A stretch of DNA of 64,000 bases from an uncultured Bacteroidota bacterium (GCA_903910445.1 CAIVZR010000046.1:55224-119223), one strand, 5' to 3'. Positions 20,252 to 31,175 are shown, counted from the first letter of the stretch. Notes: generated by a model not told the origin, from the sequence alone. Numbers and translations: made by a program.

Positions 20252-21508
20252 TTATTGCGCCACACCTTCAACAATTTTATCATGTTTCGCATATTCACCA
20301 TCTTTCAATTTTACTGCAACCTTTTTAAATGCTTCCAATGTTTTTTGTACATCTTCTAAGGTATGTGCTGCAGTAGGGATCAATCGAAGGATTATCATCC
20401 CTTTTGGAATCACTGGATAAGTAACCATTGAACAAAAGATTCCGTAGTTTTCACGCAAATCATAAACCATATGAGTCGCTTCCGGAATACTTCCACTCAA
20501 ATAAACAGGAGTAACAGGAGAAGCCGTAGGTCCAATTTCCAAACCGTATTCTTTCAATCCACTTTGCAATGCTCTTACAATCTTCCATAGATTTTCCTTC
20601 AGTTCAGGCATGCTTTTAATGAGGTCGAGGCGCTTACGCATTCCAACTACCAATGGCATTGGAAGTGATTTTGCGAAAATTTGTGAGCGCATATTATATT
20701 GTAAGAAGGTGATAATTTCTTTTTGACTGCTGATGAATGCTCCAATTCCTGCCATTGATTTAGCGAAGGTTGAGAAGTAGATATCGATACCATCTTGAAC
20801 ACCGAAGTGCTCACCTGTACCAGCCCCTGTTTTACCCATGGTACCAAAACCGTGTGCATCATCTACGAATAATCTGAATTGATATTTGCTCTTCATTGCA
20901 ACAATTTGATCCAATGCACCCAAATCGCCTCTCATTCCAAATACCCCTTCGGTGATTACCATAATAGCACCACCTGTTTCGTCTACCAGTTTAGTAGCAC
21001 GCTGTAATTGCTTTTCGAGTGAAGCCATATCATTGTGAGTAAACACAAAGCGCTTTCCTTGGTGTAAACGCACACCGTCGATGATACATGCATGACTTTC
21101 AGCGTCATATACTATTACATCTCGACGGTCAACCAATGCATCAATGGCACTAAGCACCCCTTGATATCCAAAGTTCAACAAAAAAGTTGCTTCCTTATTG
21201 ACAAATTTGCTTAATTCATTTTCTAAGGCCTCATGATTATCACTATTACCACTCATCATACGTGCACCCATTGGCAACGCTAGTCCGTATTTTATTGCCG
21301 CATCCGCATCTGCTTTTCGCACTTCCGGGTGATTGGCTAGTCCTAAATAATTATTCAAACTCCAATTAAGCATCTCAGTGCCTCTAAAACCCATGTGGGT
21401 ATTGATTTCTCCTTCCAGTTTTGGAAAAGTGAAATAACCATGGCTTTCTTTGGCGTGCTCACCAATCGGGCCCATATTCTTTAAAATTTTGTCAAATAAA
21501 TCAGCCAT
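20252..21508 (-). CDS. PLP-dependent alpha-oxoamine synthase, sulfonolipid cysteate acyltransferase (CapB/SulA) type
   Basis: HGYFTFPKLEG, NWSLNNYLGLANHP, DDAHGFG, TFAKS (PLP Lys) and NMRSQIFAKSLP, resembling the SulA/CapB clade as recalled. Confidence 0.75.
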   Translation of the reverse strand: MADLFDKILKNMGPIGEHAKESHGYFTFPKLEGEINTHMGFRGTEMLNWSLNNYLGLANHPEVRKADADAAIKYGLALPMGARMMSGNSDNHEALENELSKFVNKEATFLLNFGYQGVLSAIDALVDRRDVIVYDAESHACIIDGVRLHQGKRFVFTHNDMASLEKQLQRATKLVDETGGAIMVITEGVFGMRGDLGALDQIVAMKSKYQFRLFVDDAHGFGTMGKTGAGTGEHFGVQDGIDIYFSTFAKSMAGIGAFISSQKEIITFLQYNMRSQIFAKSLPMPLVVGMRKRLDLIKSMPELKENLWKIVRALQSGLKEYGLEIGPTASPVTPVYLSGSIPEATHMVYDLRENYGIFCSMVTYPVIPKGMIILRLIPTAAHTLEDVQKTLEAFKKVAVKLKDGEYAKHDKIVEGVAQ

Positions 21509-21622
21509 AATAATATGTTGTATTTTTTTTGCAAAAGTAAGAAAAATAGAGGATAAGTATGCATAAAAGAGTTTTGATTATGTCACAAATCTTTTTCTAT
21601 TTGCACCATCAATTTATTTTTT

Positions 21623-23503
21623 ATGATAGAATTAAAGTCACTGCATCATTTTTATCTGAATTCAGCAAATAATATTCGGACTCCAGATGCCATCTTTTTA
21701 AAATACAAAGTTGGAAATGTTTATACAGACATCAGCTATGCTGAAGCTACGGATAAAATAAATGCCATAAGCAGTTACTTCCTCGATTCGGGGCTACAAA
21801 AGGGCGACAGGGTTGCATTTATCATTGAAAACTCTCCAGAATATATTTTCATGGATCAGGCCTGCATGCAATTGGGCTTAATCAATGCTTCTATTTACCC
21901 AACACTTACTGAGTCGGAAGTAGAGTATATACTAAAAGATAGTGGTAGTAAAGCAATCATCGCTGGCACTCCTTTTTTACTAAAACGAATTATAAAGATT
22001 GACTCTAAAGGTACAGACCTGATTAAGATCATAACTACTTTTGAGCCTACAGATCAAAATCCGAAGGTAATTTCTCTGGATGCCGTTTTGAATCAAGGCC
22101 GTCAATCGTATGCAAATCAGAAATCAAGAATTCAAGAAATATTAGAAAGCATTCAGCCTGATGATTTAGCTACTTTGATTTACACCTCAGGTACTACAGG
22201 CGTTCCAAAGGGGGTAATGCTGAGTCACATGAATTTCATGAGTAATTGTGTGGCAGCAAAAATGGTAGTAAATGCCATTGGCAAAGATGATGTATTCCTC
22301 TCTTTCTTGCCCCTTTGCCATGTATATGAACGATTAGCGACATACTACCTGAGCACCTATATTGGCAGTACCATTGCCTTTGCGCAGGGTATTGAAACCA
22401 TTGCCAAAAATATTATGGAAGTACAGCCTACCATTATGGCATCGGTTCCAAGGCTCCTAGAAAAAATTCATGATAAGGTGCATAAAACTGCTACTGAAAG
22501 TGGTGGCATCAAAACAAAAATCTTTTACTGGGCATTCAGACAAGGAAATAGAAAACGACTTCTCAATGAAGATGGATTGAAGCCCGGACCTTGGTTATCA
22601 TTGAAATTAAAAATTGCTGATGCTTTGGTGTTTCAAAAAATCAAGGCAAAAATGGGCGGTAAGATGCGATTGGTTGTGAGTGGTGGAGCCGCCATGCAGC
22701 CACATATTGGAATCTTCTTTAAAAACTTAGATGTTACGGTGATGGAAGGCTACGGACTTACCGAGACTTCTCCATTTTGTTCGATCAATGAATTCGAAAG
22801 GCAAGTATATGGTACCGTTGGACGAATTGCTATCGAACAACAATGTGCCATACAAAACCCGGATACTAAGGAAATTATTACGATACAAACTTACGATAGC
22901 TTCGACCCTAAGTTTAGTTGTGTAGAGGGTGAAATCTTAATTAAAGGCCCCAATATTATGAAAGGCTATTGGAATAAGCCTGAAGCCACCAAAGAAGTGA
23001 TGGATGCAGATGGATGGTTTCATACCGGTGATATTGGGCAATTTTATAAAGGCTATTTAAAAATTACCGACCGTATAAAAAATATGCTCGTTAATAGCCT
23101 TGGTAAAAATATTTACCCAACCCCTTTAGAAGCCTGCTATAGCAAGAGCACCAAGGTGGAACAAATTTTTATTATTGGCGATAAAAGAGAATATACCACG
23201 GCTATTATTGTACCCAACAAAGAAGAATTGAAAGAAAAGTTTGGGAAAACGGAAGCGTTTTTCGAACAAGATGAAATATTTATTGAAGATGAAGAAATTC
23301 ATAAATGGATGGCCGATGATATTCATAAATTAAGTAATGAACTTGCCAAGTTTGAACGTATCAAAAACTTCCTCATTAAACGTACCCCTTTCACCATTGA
23401 GTCGGGTGAATATACCCTTACCTTAAAAGTGAAACGAAAAGTAGTTGAACAACGCTACCATACGGAGATTGATAAAATGTATGAACAAAGCTTTGTAAGC
23501 TAA
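21623..23503 (+). CDS. Long-chain fatty acid-CoA ligase (FadD15-like)
   Basis: IYTSGTTGVPKG, FLPLCHVYER, EGYGLTE, WFHTGDIG, TLKVKR. Confidence 0.9.
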   Translation: MIELKSLHHFYLNSANNIRTPDAIFLKYKVGNVYTDISYAEATDKINAISSYFLDSGLQKGDRVAFIIENSPEYIFMDQACMQLGLINASIYPTLTESEVEYILKDSGSKAIIAGTPFLLKRIIKIDSKGTDLIKIITTFEPTDQNPKVISLDAVLNQGRQSYANQKSRIQEILESIQPDDLATLIYTSGTTGVPKGVMLSHMNFMSNCVAAKMVVNAIGKDDVFLSFLPLCHVYERLATYYLSTYIGSTIAFAQGIETIAKNIMEVQPTIMASVPRLLEKIHDKVHKTATESGGIKTKIFYWAFRQGNRKRLLNEDGLKPGPWLSLKLKIADALVFQKIKAKMGGKMRLVVSGGAAMQPHIGIFFKNLDVTVMEGYGLTETSPFCSINEFERQVYGTVGRIAIEQQCAIQNPDTKEIITIQTYDSFDPKFSCVEGEILIKGPNIMKGYWNKPEATKEVMDADGWFHTGDIGQFYKGYLKITDRIKNMLVNSLGKNIYPTPLEACYSKSTKVEQIFIIGDKREYTTAIIVPNKEELKEKFGKTEAFFEQDEIFIEDEEIHKWMADDIHKLSNELAKFERIKNFLIKRTPFTIESGEYTLTLKVKRKVVEQRYHTEIDKMYEQSFVS

Positions 23504-23521
23504 TTTTAGCCCTAAATTATA

Positions 23522-24316
23522 ATGTCTAGAAATAAACTGATTGCCGATATCCAAGAAAAAAGAACATGCCTTTGTGTAGGATTGGATACCGACTTAGCAA
23601 AAATACCAACACATTTAAAAGGCCGCCCAGATGCGATTCTTGAATTTAACAAGGCCATTATAGATGCCACCGCCGATTGCTGCGTTGCCTATAAAATCAA
23701 TACCGCATTTTACGAATGCCTTGGAGCCAAAGGATGGGATTTGATGGAAGCCACCTTGGCATATATCCCAAAAAATATATTCACCATTGCCGATGCAAAA
23801 CGAGGTGACATAGGGAATACCAGCACCATGTATGCAAAAGCATTCTTTGAAACTTTATCATTCGATGCGATCACTGTTTCGCCCTATATGGGAAGCGATA
23901 GTGTGAAGCCATTCCTCGAATACACGAATAAAACTACCATCGTTTTAGCACTTACCAGCAATGCTGGAAGTATCGATTTTGAACAGCTAAAAACCGGAGA
24001 CGAATTTGTTTATGAGAAGGTACTAAAAACATCTAAAGAATGGGGAACACCTGATAATATGATGTATGTAGTGGGGGCAACCAAAGCGTCATCATTAGCT
24101 CAAATCAGAGCCATTGTGCCCGAGCATTTCCTTTTAATTCCAGGGGTAGGTGCCCAAGGAGGAGATATTGATGAGGTGCTTAAATATGGCGGTATTCCTG
24201 GACAAACAGGACTCCTAGTAAACTCTTCACGACAAATTCTTTATGCTTCTTCGGGAGAAGATTTTGCAGAAAAAGCAAGAGCCGAGGCCTTGAAATTATT
24301 AGGAAAAATAAGTTAA
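23522..24316 (+). CDS. pyrF: Orotidine-5'-phosphate decarboxylase
   Basis: LCVGLD, DAKRGDIGNT, LIPGVGAQGG, NSSRQILYAS. Confidence 0.95.
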   Translation: MSRNKLIADIQEKRTCLCVGLDTDLAKIPTHLKGRPDAILEFNKAIIDATADCCVAYKINTAFYECLGAKGWDLMEATLAYIPKNIFTIADAKRGDIGNTSTMYAKAFFETLSFDAITVSPYMGSDSVKPFLEYTNKTTIVLALTSNAGSIDFEQLKTGDEFVYEKVLKTSKEWGTPDNMMYVVGATKASSLAQIRAIVPEHFLLIPGVGAQGGDIDEVLKYGGIPGQTGLLVNSSRQILYASSGEDFAEKARAEALKLLGKIS

Positions 24317-24326
24317 GAGATTTCTC

Positions 24327-26426
24327 TTAGAGTTTCACAAACTTACTTGTGTATGGAATACCATCGATGGTAACTTGCACATAGTAAACGCTGCCCGACA
24401 AGTTCTCGAGTTGTGATGCTGATACGGGAAGTGAAATATTTCCAGCTTCATATATTTTATGATCGCTGCAAACGACTTCGTTGCCAAGTACATCAATAAT
24501 TTTCACACTCACTTCGGCTTGGTTATTTAATACAAACTGCAAACTAGTGCTATTGGCAAATGGATTTGGAATCACTTTCAATCCAATATTAGAAGCCTCT
24601 GGCTTTAAACTTATTCCATTGGCTAAATCCTTTATATTGATATCGTCGATATAGATATTATTTCCCTCCTTACTTACCGTTTCAAAGCGGAATCGTACGT
24701 TAGGCAATCCTGCAAATGAAATTAAATCGTAGGTCTGTAAGAACCAATCGGATGCTGCTGGCACATAGCTATTTGCATTCATTGCAACACCACCTGCCAA
24801 ACTGTTTCCAGCTTTAGAAATTTTCACTTGCCAGCTTTGCCCGCAATCGGTTGAGATATACATTTTCAAAACATCGTTCACACCAGTGACCCGCTGTGCG
24901 TAGGCAGAATAAAAGGTAATCACCGGCTTGGTAACATTAGTGAAATTATACGCTTTGCTATAGAATGCATCGATATCGCCACTTGATGTACCCGTTGCAT
25001 TATAATGTTTGATATAGAAACATGCTGCACCACTTCTTTTCGATGAGGTAATACGTTGCCATGTAGTACTATTCCCTCCATTATCAAGTACCCATCCATC
25101 AGTGGCAAGTGAGGTACTTTCGAATCCTTGAAATACTGGCACTGCATCAATAGCCTGAAGTGGAGAAATAAATACATAGCTGGTGCGAGTTTGTGTATTG
25201 CTACCATTAGCATTTGAAACGGTAAGTGAAATGGTATAAGTTCCTGGCGTATTCCAAATCACATTCGTTGGGTTTTGTATGGTGCTATTTGGTATTGCCG
25301 CTCCTGTGAATGTCCAATTCCAATTAGAGATGGGACCATTATAACTTAAATCGGTGAATGAGAATGCGGTACCCGTGCAACCAGAGGTTTTATTGATAAT
25401 GAAATCGGCCAATGGAGCGCAGTTCGTTGGCCCATTGCCATCAACACCGGTGGCGGCTAAGTTGTTGGCCGAGTATAAGTTGCTTCGGTAATTTGAGAGT
25501 GCATTATCCATTCGGGTTTTTTGACCTGCACTAAACATACTCTGACAAGTACCATTGGTATAATCCATATAATTCTCTAACATATCCGGAACATCGGAAG
25601 TGTAAGGTGAGCTGAAATTTGCGCATGAGTTGGTGGTGATTACGCAACCATAATTAGCTGCAGAAGCTGGAGGAGTATCACTTACCTGATCACCACCATT
25701 ACAACCACTTTGAAAGGTATGAAATAACCCCATTGAATGTCCAATCTCATGTGTTAAGGTTCGACCATATTCACCAAACCCAGGATTGGTGTTTTGGGTA
25801 CCAATTCTACCAACACAATCATGACGGATTACAATCCCATCGGTAGCGGCAGCGCCACCCGAAGGGCCAGGAAATTGAGAATATCCTAGAATTGTTCCTG
25901 TACCACCTGAAGAAGCAATTGTTTTCACTACCCAGACATTCAGATATTTAGTATTGTTCCAATCGGATAAGGCTTTCACAGCATCACCAGCATCGTTGGT
26001 CAACGGACTATAAATTCGTTCAATACCCTCGGTACAGTTTCCATTCGGGTCGATTTTTGCTAAACGGAACTCCAAAGAAGCATCGGTAGCATAAGGTTTA
26101 AAGATTGCACGCGTATCAGAAGTATCCGGATTAAGCTTACGATAATCTTCATTTAGAATTCTAATGGCATCTTCAATTTGCGCTTTACTAATATTCTCTG
26201 GACCGTACTCATGAATAACATGAAACACAACTGGAATAATACGTACTGTGCCATTGGTTTTGTTTAATGACACATTGCTTTGTTGATATACTAGTTTATT
26301 GTATTCGGCTTGAAGCTCAGGGTGTGCTTTGTTATATTGCTCGAAATAATAATCGCTTACACATTTTTGTGATATCCCTAAAATGGAACTAAAAAGTAAG
26401 GTAACGGTGATGAAAAAATACTTCAT
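24327..26426 (-). CDS. M43 (pappalysin) zinc metalloprotease with PKD domain and T9SS CTD
   Basis: IPVVFHVIH, HEIGHSMGLFHTF, ENYMDY, PKD 'FTDLS..WNWTF..PGTYTISLTV', CTD 'PNPF...VKL'. Confidence 0.92.
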   Translation of the reverse strand: MKYFFITVTLLFSSILGISQKCVSDYYFEQYNKAHPELQAEYNKLVYQQSNVSLNKTNGTVRIIPVVFHVIHEYGPENISKAQIEDAIRILNEDYRKLNPDTSDTRAIFKPYATDASLEFRLAKIDPNGNCTEGIERIYSPLTNDAGDAVKALSDWNNTKYLNVWVVKTIASSGGTGTILGYSQFPGPSGGAAATDGIVIRHDCVGRIGTQNTNPGFGEYGRTLTHEIGHSMGLFHTFQSGCNGGDQVSDTPPASAANYGCVITTNSCANFSSPYTSDVPDMLENYMDYTNGTCQSMFSAGQKTRMDNALSNYRSNLYSANNLAATGVDGNGPTNCAPLADFIINKTSGCTGTAFSFTDLSYNGPISNWNWTFTGAAIPNSTIQNPTNVIWNTPGTYTISLTVSNANGSNTQTRTSYVFISPLQAIDAVPVFQGFESTSLATDGWVLDNGGNSTTWQRITSSKRSGAACFYIKHYNATGTSSGDIDAFYSKAYNFTNVTKPVITFYSAYAQRVTGVNDVLKMYISTDCGQSWQVKISKAGNSLAGGVAMNANSYVPAASDWFLQTYDLISFAGLPNVRFRFETVSKEGNNIYIDDINIKDLANGISLKPEASNIGLKVIPNPFANSTSLQFVLNNQAEVSVKIIDVLGNEVVCSDHKIYEAGNISLPVSASQLENLSGSVYYVQVTIDGIPYTSKFVKL

Positions 26427-26439
26427 ATGAATACTTGAA

Positions 26440-26466
26440 TAGACGGCTTCAACCCTATTCGGTTGC
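26440..26466 (-). promoter_or_regulatory. ECF sigma factor-type promoter
   Basis: GCAACC-N15-CGTCTA on the minus strand, 13 nt upstream of ATG 26426. Confidence 0.6.
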
Positions 26467-26505
26467 TTAATTTAAATGTATATGCAAATATACTCAAATC
26501 GAAAA

Positions 26506-27585
26506 TTAAAACGATAGCGTTGCGTGGCGCATTAACAAATGATTTAATATAATAATTGCGGTGCAGGCATCCACAATGGGCACAGCCCTCGGTACCACAC
26601 AAGCATCATGACGACCCGCTGGCTTCAATATTTCTTGCGCCCCATTGCGGTTGGCGGTGGTTTGTGCCTGCATAATGGTAGATACCGGCTTGAAAGCTAC
26701 ATCGAACACGATTTCCATTCCATTACTGATACCTCCTTGGATACCACCACTATGATTTGAGGTGGTATGCCAGCCTGCATCTGTTTTTTCGAATGCATCA
26801 TTTTGCTTCGACCCCAAACTTCGGGCACCATCAAATCCATCACCAAATGCAACACCTTTAACCGCATTAATACTAAACATAGCTTTGGCAATATTGGCGT
26901 TTAATTTTTCGTAAAGAGGTTCACCCAAACCAACAGGAACACCGGTTGCCGAGCAACGAATAATCCCTCCAATAGTATCTCCTTCTTTTCTAATATTCTC
27001 GATAAGTGCAAGCATTTCGTTAGCTGTTTTTAAATCAGGACAACGTACGCTATTGCTATCAATTTGCGTTAGATCCAATTCATAACCTTCGGGGATTCGC
27101 ACTTCTCCTACTGCCGATACATAACTTGCTATTGTAATATTTTGAGTATCCAAAAGTTGCTGTGCGATAGCGCCTGCAGCCACTAAGGAGGCTGTGGTTC
27201 TCGCGCTGCTGCGTCCTCCCCCTCTATAATCATAGTGCCCATACTTTTTATCGTATACGAAATCGGCATGCGACGGGCGATAGAATTTCTTAATTTCTGA
27301 ATAGTCTTCACTCTTAGCATCCTTATTTTCGATGATGATGGTGATGGGTGCTCCGGTAGTTTTCCCTTCAAATACCCCACTTATAATTTTAAACTCATCG
27401 GTTTCCTTTCGGGTAGTGCTGCCAGCCGTTGCGCCTGGACGGCGGCGATTTAATTGGTATTGGATCGCTTCCAAATCGAGTAGGAAATTCGACGGGCAAC
27501 CATCAATGACTGCGCCCACAGCTTCTCCATGACTTTCACCAAAAGTAGTGACTGTAAATATCTCGCCTATGCTATTGAATGACAT
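26506..27585 (-). CDS. aroC: Chorismate synthase
   Basis: TTFGESHG, RPSHAD, GGGRSSAR, GGIQGGISNG, GRHDACV. Confidence 0.96.
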   Translation of the reverse strand: MSFNSIGEIFTVTTFGESHGEAVGAVIDGCPSNFLLDLEAIQYQLNRRRPGATAGSTTRKETDEFKIISGVFEGKTTGAPITIIIENKDAKSEDYSEIKKFYRPSHADFVYDKKYGHYDYRGGGRSSARTTASLVAAGAIAQQLLDTQNITIASYVSAVGEVRIPEGYELDLTQIDSNSVRCPDLKTANEMLALIENIRKEGDTIGGIIRCSATGVPVGLGEPLYEKLNANIAKAMFSINAVKGVAFGDGFDGARSLGSKQNDAFEKTDAGWHTTSNHSGGIQGGISNGMEIVFDVAFKPVSTIMQAQTTANRNGAQEILKPAGRHDACVVPRAVPIVDACTAIIILNHLLMRHATLSF

Positions 27586-27643
27586 ACTTGCAAATTAAGA
27601 GTATTTGTATTGGATCACAAGGGGATAAACATGGAAGCACGCA

Positions 27644-28837
27644 CTATTTTCCATTTCTAAAGATGCGGTTAAATTCTAGCCAGAACATCGGATATGATTT
27701 AGAAACACAATCGGGGTTTTCTATTGTAATCTCCGGATATACCGCTTGAGCACTTGCAAAGGCCATGGCCATACGATGATCGAGATAGGTATTTAATTGC
27801 AAGGGTTTCAATTGAAGGCTTTCCGTTTTCAATTCCCATGTTTCATTAGCATTCAAGAAATGAACACCCAACTTTTTAAGTTCCAACTCTAATGAAAGCA
27901 ATCGGTTCGATTCTTTATAAGCCAAGGATTTCAGGCCATTGAATCTTGCATCCATTTTAAGCAATGCACAGGCCACAACGAGTGCAGGAGCAATATCTGG
28001 GCAATCCTCTAAATTAAATTCAGGTGCAATATGAGCAGCTTCAGTTTTGTTAATGATAATTCCTGTTGCTGTAAATTGGGTAACAACTCCCAAGCTTTTG
28101 AATAAATGAATACAGGCCTTATCACCTTGAACACTTTCTTCTTTTAGTCCGTGAAGTTCAAAAGCTTTACCTGTAACGGCACTCAACGAATACCAGAATG
28201 CCGCGCTACTCCAGTCAGATTCTATATCGCCGATACTGAGCGCTTTTGCAGTATCAGGCCAACCAGTTTGAATTTCGATTACATGCGGTTGCTGTGAAAC
28301 TCGAGCACCAAACCATCGGAGGCATTCAGCGGTAATATTGATATATGGAGAAGAGGTTAATTTTTCGAGATGAATTCGCAATCCATTAGAAAGCATTGGG
28401 GCAATGAGCATCAAGGCGCTTAAAAACTGACTACTCATTCCGGCGTCTAGAGAAATGTCGCCACCCTGAATAGCAGTTCCACGAATAATTAGTGGTGCAT
28501 TGCCATCGATATTTTCATTTTCTATACAACCATCCAAGGCTAGCAATGCTTTTACCAATGGTTGTATTGGGCGTTCATTTAATTTTTGGGTACCGTAAAT
28601 TCGGTGTGTACCCTCTTGAATACTAAGATAGGCAGTCAAAAATCGGAACACCGTACCTGCATCTTCAACATTAAATTCATTCGTTAAATTATCAAACAAT
28701 AATCGCTTCATCACCAACACATCGTTGGGCAATTCATTGTCGGGAGGCAAGTAAACCGGCGCATATTTGGTAAGTGCCGACAAAATCAAACAGCGATTTA
28801 AAATGCTTTTGCTTTTAGGTAATTGAACTGAATACAT
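27644..28837 (-). CDS. aroA: 3-phosphoshikimate 1-carboxyvinyltransferase (EPSP synthase)
   Basis: SKSILNR, DAGTVFRF, SSQFLSAL, KESNR, DHRMAM, KSYP. Confidence 0.92.
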   Translation of the reverse strand: MYSVQLPKSKSILNRCLILSALTKYAPVYLPPDNELPNDVLVMKRLLFDNLTNEFNVEDAGTVFRFLTAYLSIQEGTHRIYGTQKLNERPIQPLVKALLALDGCIENENIDGNAPLIIRGTAIQGGDISLDAGMSSQFLSALMLIAPMLSNGLRIHLEKLTSSPYINITAECLRWFGARVSQQPHVIEIQTGWPDTAKALSIGDIESDWSSAAFWYSLSAVTGKAFELHGLKEESVQGDKACIHLFKSLGVVTQFTATGIIINKTEAAHIAPEFNLEDCPDIAPALVVACALLKMDARFNGLKSLAYKESNRLLSLELELKKLGVHFLNANETWELKTESLQLKPLQLNTYLDHRMAMAFASAQAVYPEITIENPDCVSKSYPMFWLEFNRIFRNGK

Positions 28838-28839
28838 TT

Positions 28840-29868
28840 TTAAAATGCCATTACAAATTTCAGTCCATCCATAATTTGTTTCTCTGTAACCTCAATATCG
28901 GTGCGTACCTTACCTCTTCCAACGGGAAGCACCATGCGTATAGTAGCACTTCGGTTCTTCTTATCTTTTCGCATAAGCTTAATGAGGGTATTTAGATTCA
29001 CGCTTTCAAGCGATGGCTTTTTGAAGTTTAAATCGTACCAAAATACGGTCTTTAAAAATTCATTATAATCTAAATCGAAGTCGCTATGGGCAATAAAAGC
29101 TTCCGCCAACAATCCCAAGGCTACTGCTTCACCATGCAGCATGGGCTTATGATACAGCATCATATAACTTTCTAATGCATGACCTATGGTATGACCCAAG
29201 TTGAGTTTTTTTCGATCGCCAGCTTCTTTGGGATCGCTAGCAACAATACTCAGTTTATACTTCACCGACTTCTTAATGCACGAGAGAATATTATCATCAG
29301 AAAAGGTGCTGAATTTTTTCTCAAGATGAATCTTCGATTCATTGCGGCCTTGAAGTATGGCATGCTTAAATATTTCTGCTGATGCCGATAGCAGTTGAGG
29401 AGCAGGCAATGTTTTCAAAAATATAGTATCAATACAGATAGCTTCTGGATTGGCGAATGAGCCAATCATATTTTTATACGCGAGATAATCAATTCCCGTT
29501 TTACCGCCTATCGATGCATCAACCATGGCAAGCAGGGTGGTGGGAATATTCATGAATTGAATTCCACGCATATATACTGATGCGCAAAAGGCACCCAAAT
29601 CGTTAATGACACCACCTCCTAAATTGATGAGTAACGAATGACGGTCGGCATTTTTCTGAATTAAAGTCTGCCATACCTTTTCACAGGTTTGCAAATTCTT
29701 ATTCGACTCACCACTCTTGATACTTATTTTAGTAAAAACTGGAATATGTTTCTTTATAAGTGGCAAGCAATGCTTTGAAGTATGCTCATCAACCAATACA
29801 AATACGATTGTAGCCCCAATTGACTTGAGTAAAGATGGCAAGGAATTGAGTCCGTATTTTATTTGCAT
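28840..29868 (-). CDS. aroB: 3-dehydroquinate synthase
   Basis: LGGGVINDLG, PTTLLAMVDASIGGKTG, LNLGHTIGHALE, HGEAV. Confidence 0.95.
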   Translation of the reverse strand: MQIKYGLNSLPSLLKSIGATIVFVLVDEHTSKHCLPLIKKHIPVFTKISIKSGESNKNLQTCEKVWQTLIQKNADRHSLLINLGGGVINDLGAFCASVYMRGIQFMNIPTTLLAMVDASIGGKTGIDYLAYKNMIGSFANPEAICIDTIFLKTLPAPQLLSASAEIFKHAILQGRNESKIHLEKKFSTFSDDNILSCIKKSVKYKLSIVASDPKEAGDRKKLNLGHTIGHALESYMMLYHKPMLHGEAVALGLLAEAFIAHSDFDLDYNEFLKTVFWYDLNFKKPSLESVNLNTLIKLMRKDKKNRSATIRMVLPVGRGKVRTDIEVTEKQIMDGLKFVMAF

Positions 29869-29957
29869 TTGATGTATAATTAAGCAACGAAATTAAAGAA
29901 AAAAAGAGGTTGGATTTAAAAACATATTTAATTTACTTTTGTAGCCATTTCCTCACT

Positions 29958-31175
29958 ATGTCATTGAATTTTTCAGATACCGAAATAGCATTCAGAAACA
30001 AAAGCAGTCGTTCATTAAAAAAAGCGTCGTGGTTGTTTAAGAGTTTTAATTACCCATGGGTAGTGCAACAAGGACCGTTATTGGCTGCCAATGCCCTGCG
30101 TTGGCATTTCCCATTGGTTCGAAGCATCGTAAAGAGCACTATATTCAGTCAGTTCTGTGGTGGCGAAAATATTACCGAATCAATGGAGGTGGTGGCTTCC
30201 TTAGATGAATCGAAAGTAAAAGCAATTTTAGATTATAGCGTTGAAGGGGAAGAGAATGAAGAAAATTTCAACTATACCCGAGACGAAATAATTCGCACCA
30301 TTGAAGCAGCAACAACAAATAGCGCCATTGCATTTAGTGTATTCAAAACCACTGGAATTGCACGTTTTGCGTTACTCGAAAAAGCCAATCCTGTTTATCA
30401 TAAAGCACTAGAAGCAGGACAATTTCTTAAACTCGACCACTTGAAGGAAGCATTGACTCCTGCTGAGATGGAAGAATTTCAGAAAGCATTCGACCGCTTT
30501 AAGGCGATCTGTGAAAAAGCCGCCGCTGCTGGCATACGTTTATTTATTGATGCCGAAGAAACTTGGATTCAGGATACCATTGATGCATGGGTAGAAGGAA
30601 TGATGCTTCAACTCAATAAAGAGAAAGCTTTCATTTTTAATACCATTCAAATGTATCGCCACGATCGGGTTTCATATACCAAGCGACTCTTGTCAATTGC
30701 AGAAGCAAATCAATTTCAAATAGGCTTAAAAATTGTGCGTGGTGCCTATATGGAAAAGGAACGCGAACGTGCCCATCAAATGGGTTACCCTTCGCCCATA
30801 CAGCCCGACAAAGAAAGCAGCGATAAAGATTTCAATGATGCAGTGTATTTCTGTTTAGGAAATAATCGCATCTCCATTTGTGCTGGTACTCATAACGAAG
30901 ACAGTAGCTTGAAACTCACGCAATGGATGCAAGAAAAAAACATTGCCAAAGATGATACTCGAATTTTCTTCGCACAACTCCTGGGCATGAGCGATCATAT
31001 TAGTTTTAACTTGGCGGCCTCGGGTTATAATGTAGCGAAGTATGTGCCTTATGGCCCTGTGCTGGCTGTGCTTCCATATCTCTCTCGTCGGGCTCAGGAA
31101 AACAGTAGTGTTAAAGGACAGGTGGGTCGTGAGCTTGGACTCATCAAGCAAGAGCTTCAACGACGAACGCATTGA
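29958..31175 (+). CDS. Monofunctional proline dehydrogenase
   Basis: FCGGE, IDAEE, KIVRGAYME, GTHN, AQLLGM, KYVPYGP, YLSRRAQEN. Confidence 0.92.
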   Translation: MSLNFSDTEIAFRNKSSRSLKKASWLFKSFNYPWVVQQGPLLAANALRWHFPLVRSIVKSTIFSQFCGGENITESMEVVASLDESKVKAILDYSVEGEENEENFNYTRDEIIRTIEAATTNSAIAFSVFKTTGIARFALLEKANPVYHKALEAGQFLKLDHLKEALTPAEMEEFQKAFDRFKAICEKAAAAGIRLFIDAEETWIQDTIDAWVEGMMLQLNKEKAFIFNTIQMYRHDRVSYTKRLLSIAEANQFQIGLKIVRGAYMEKERERAHQMGYPSPIQPDKESSDKDFNDAVYFCLGNNRISICAGTHNEDSSLKLTQWMQEKNIAKDDTRIFFAQLLGMSDHISFNLAASGYNVAKYVPYGPVLAVLPYLSRRAQENSSVKGQVGRELGLIKQELQRRTH

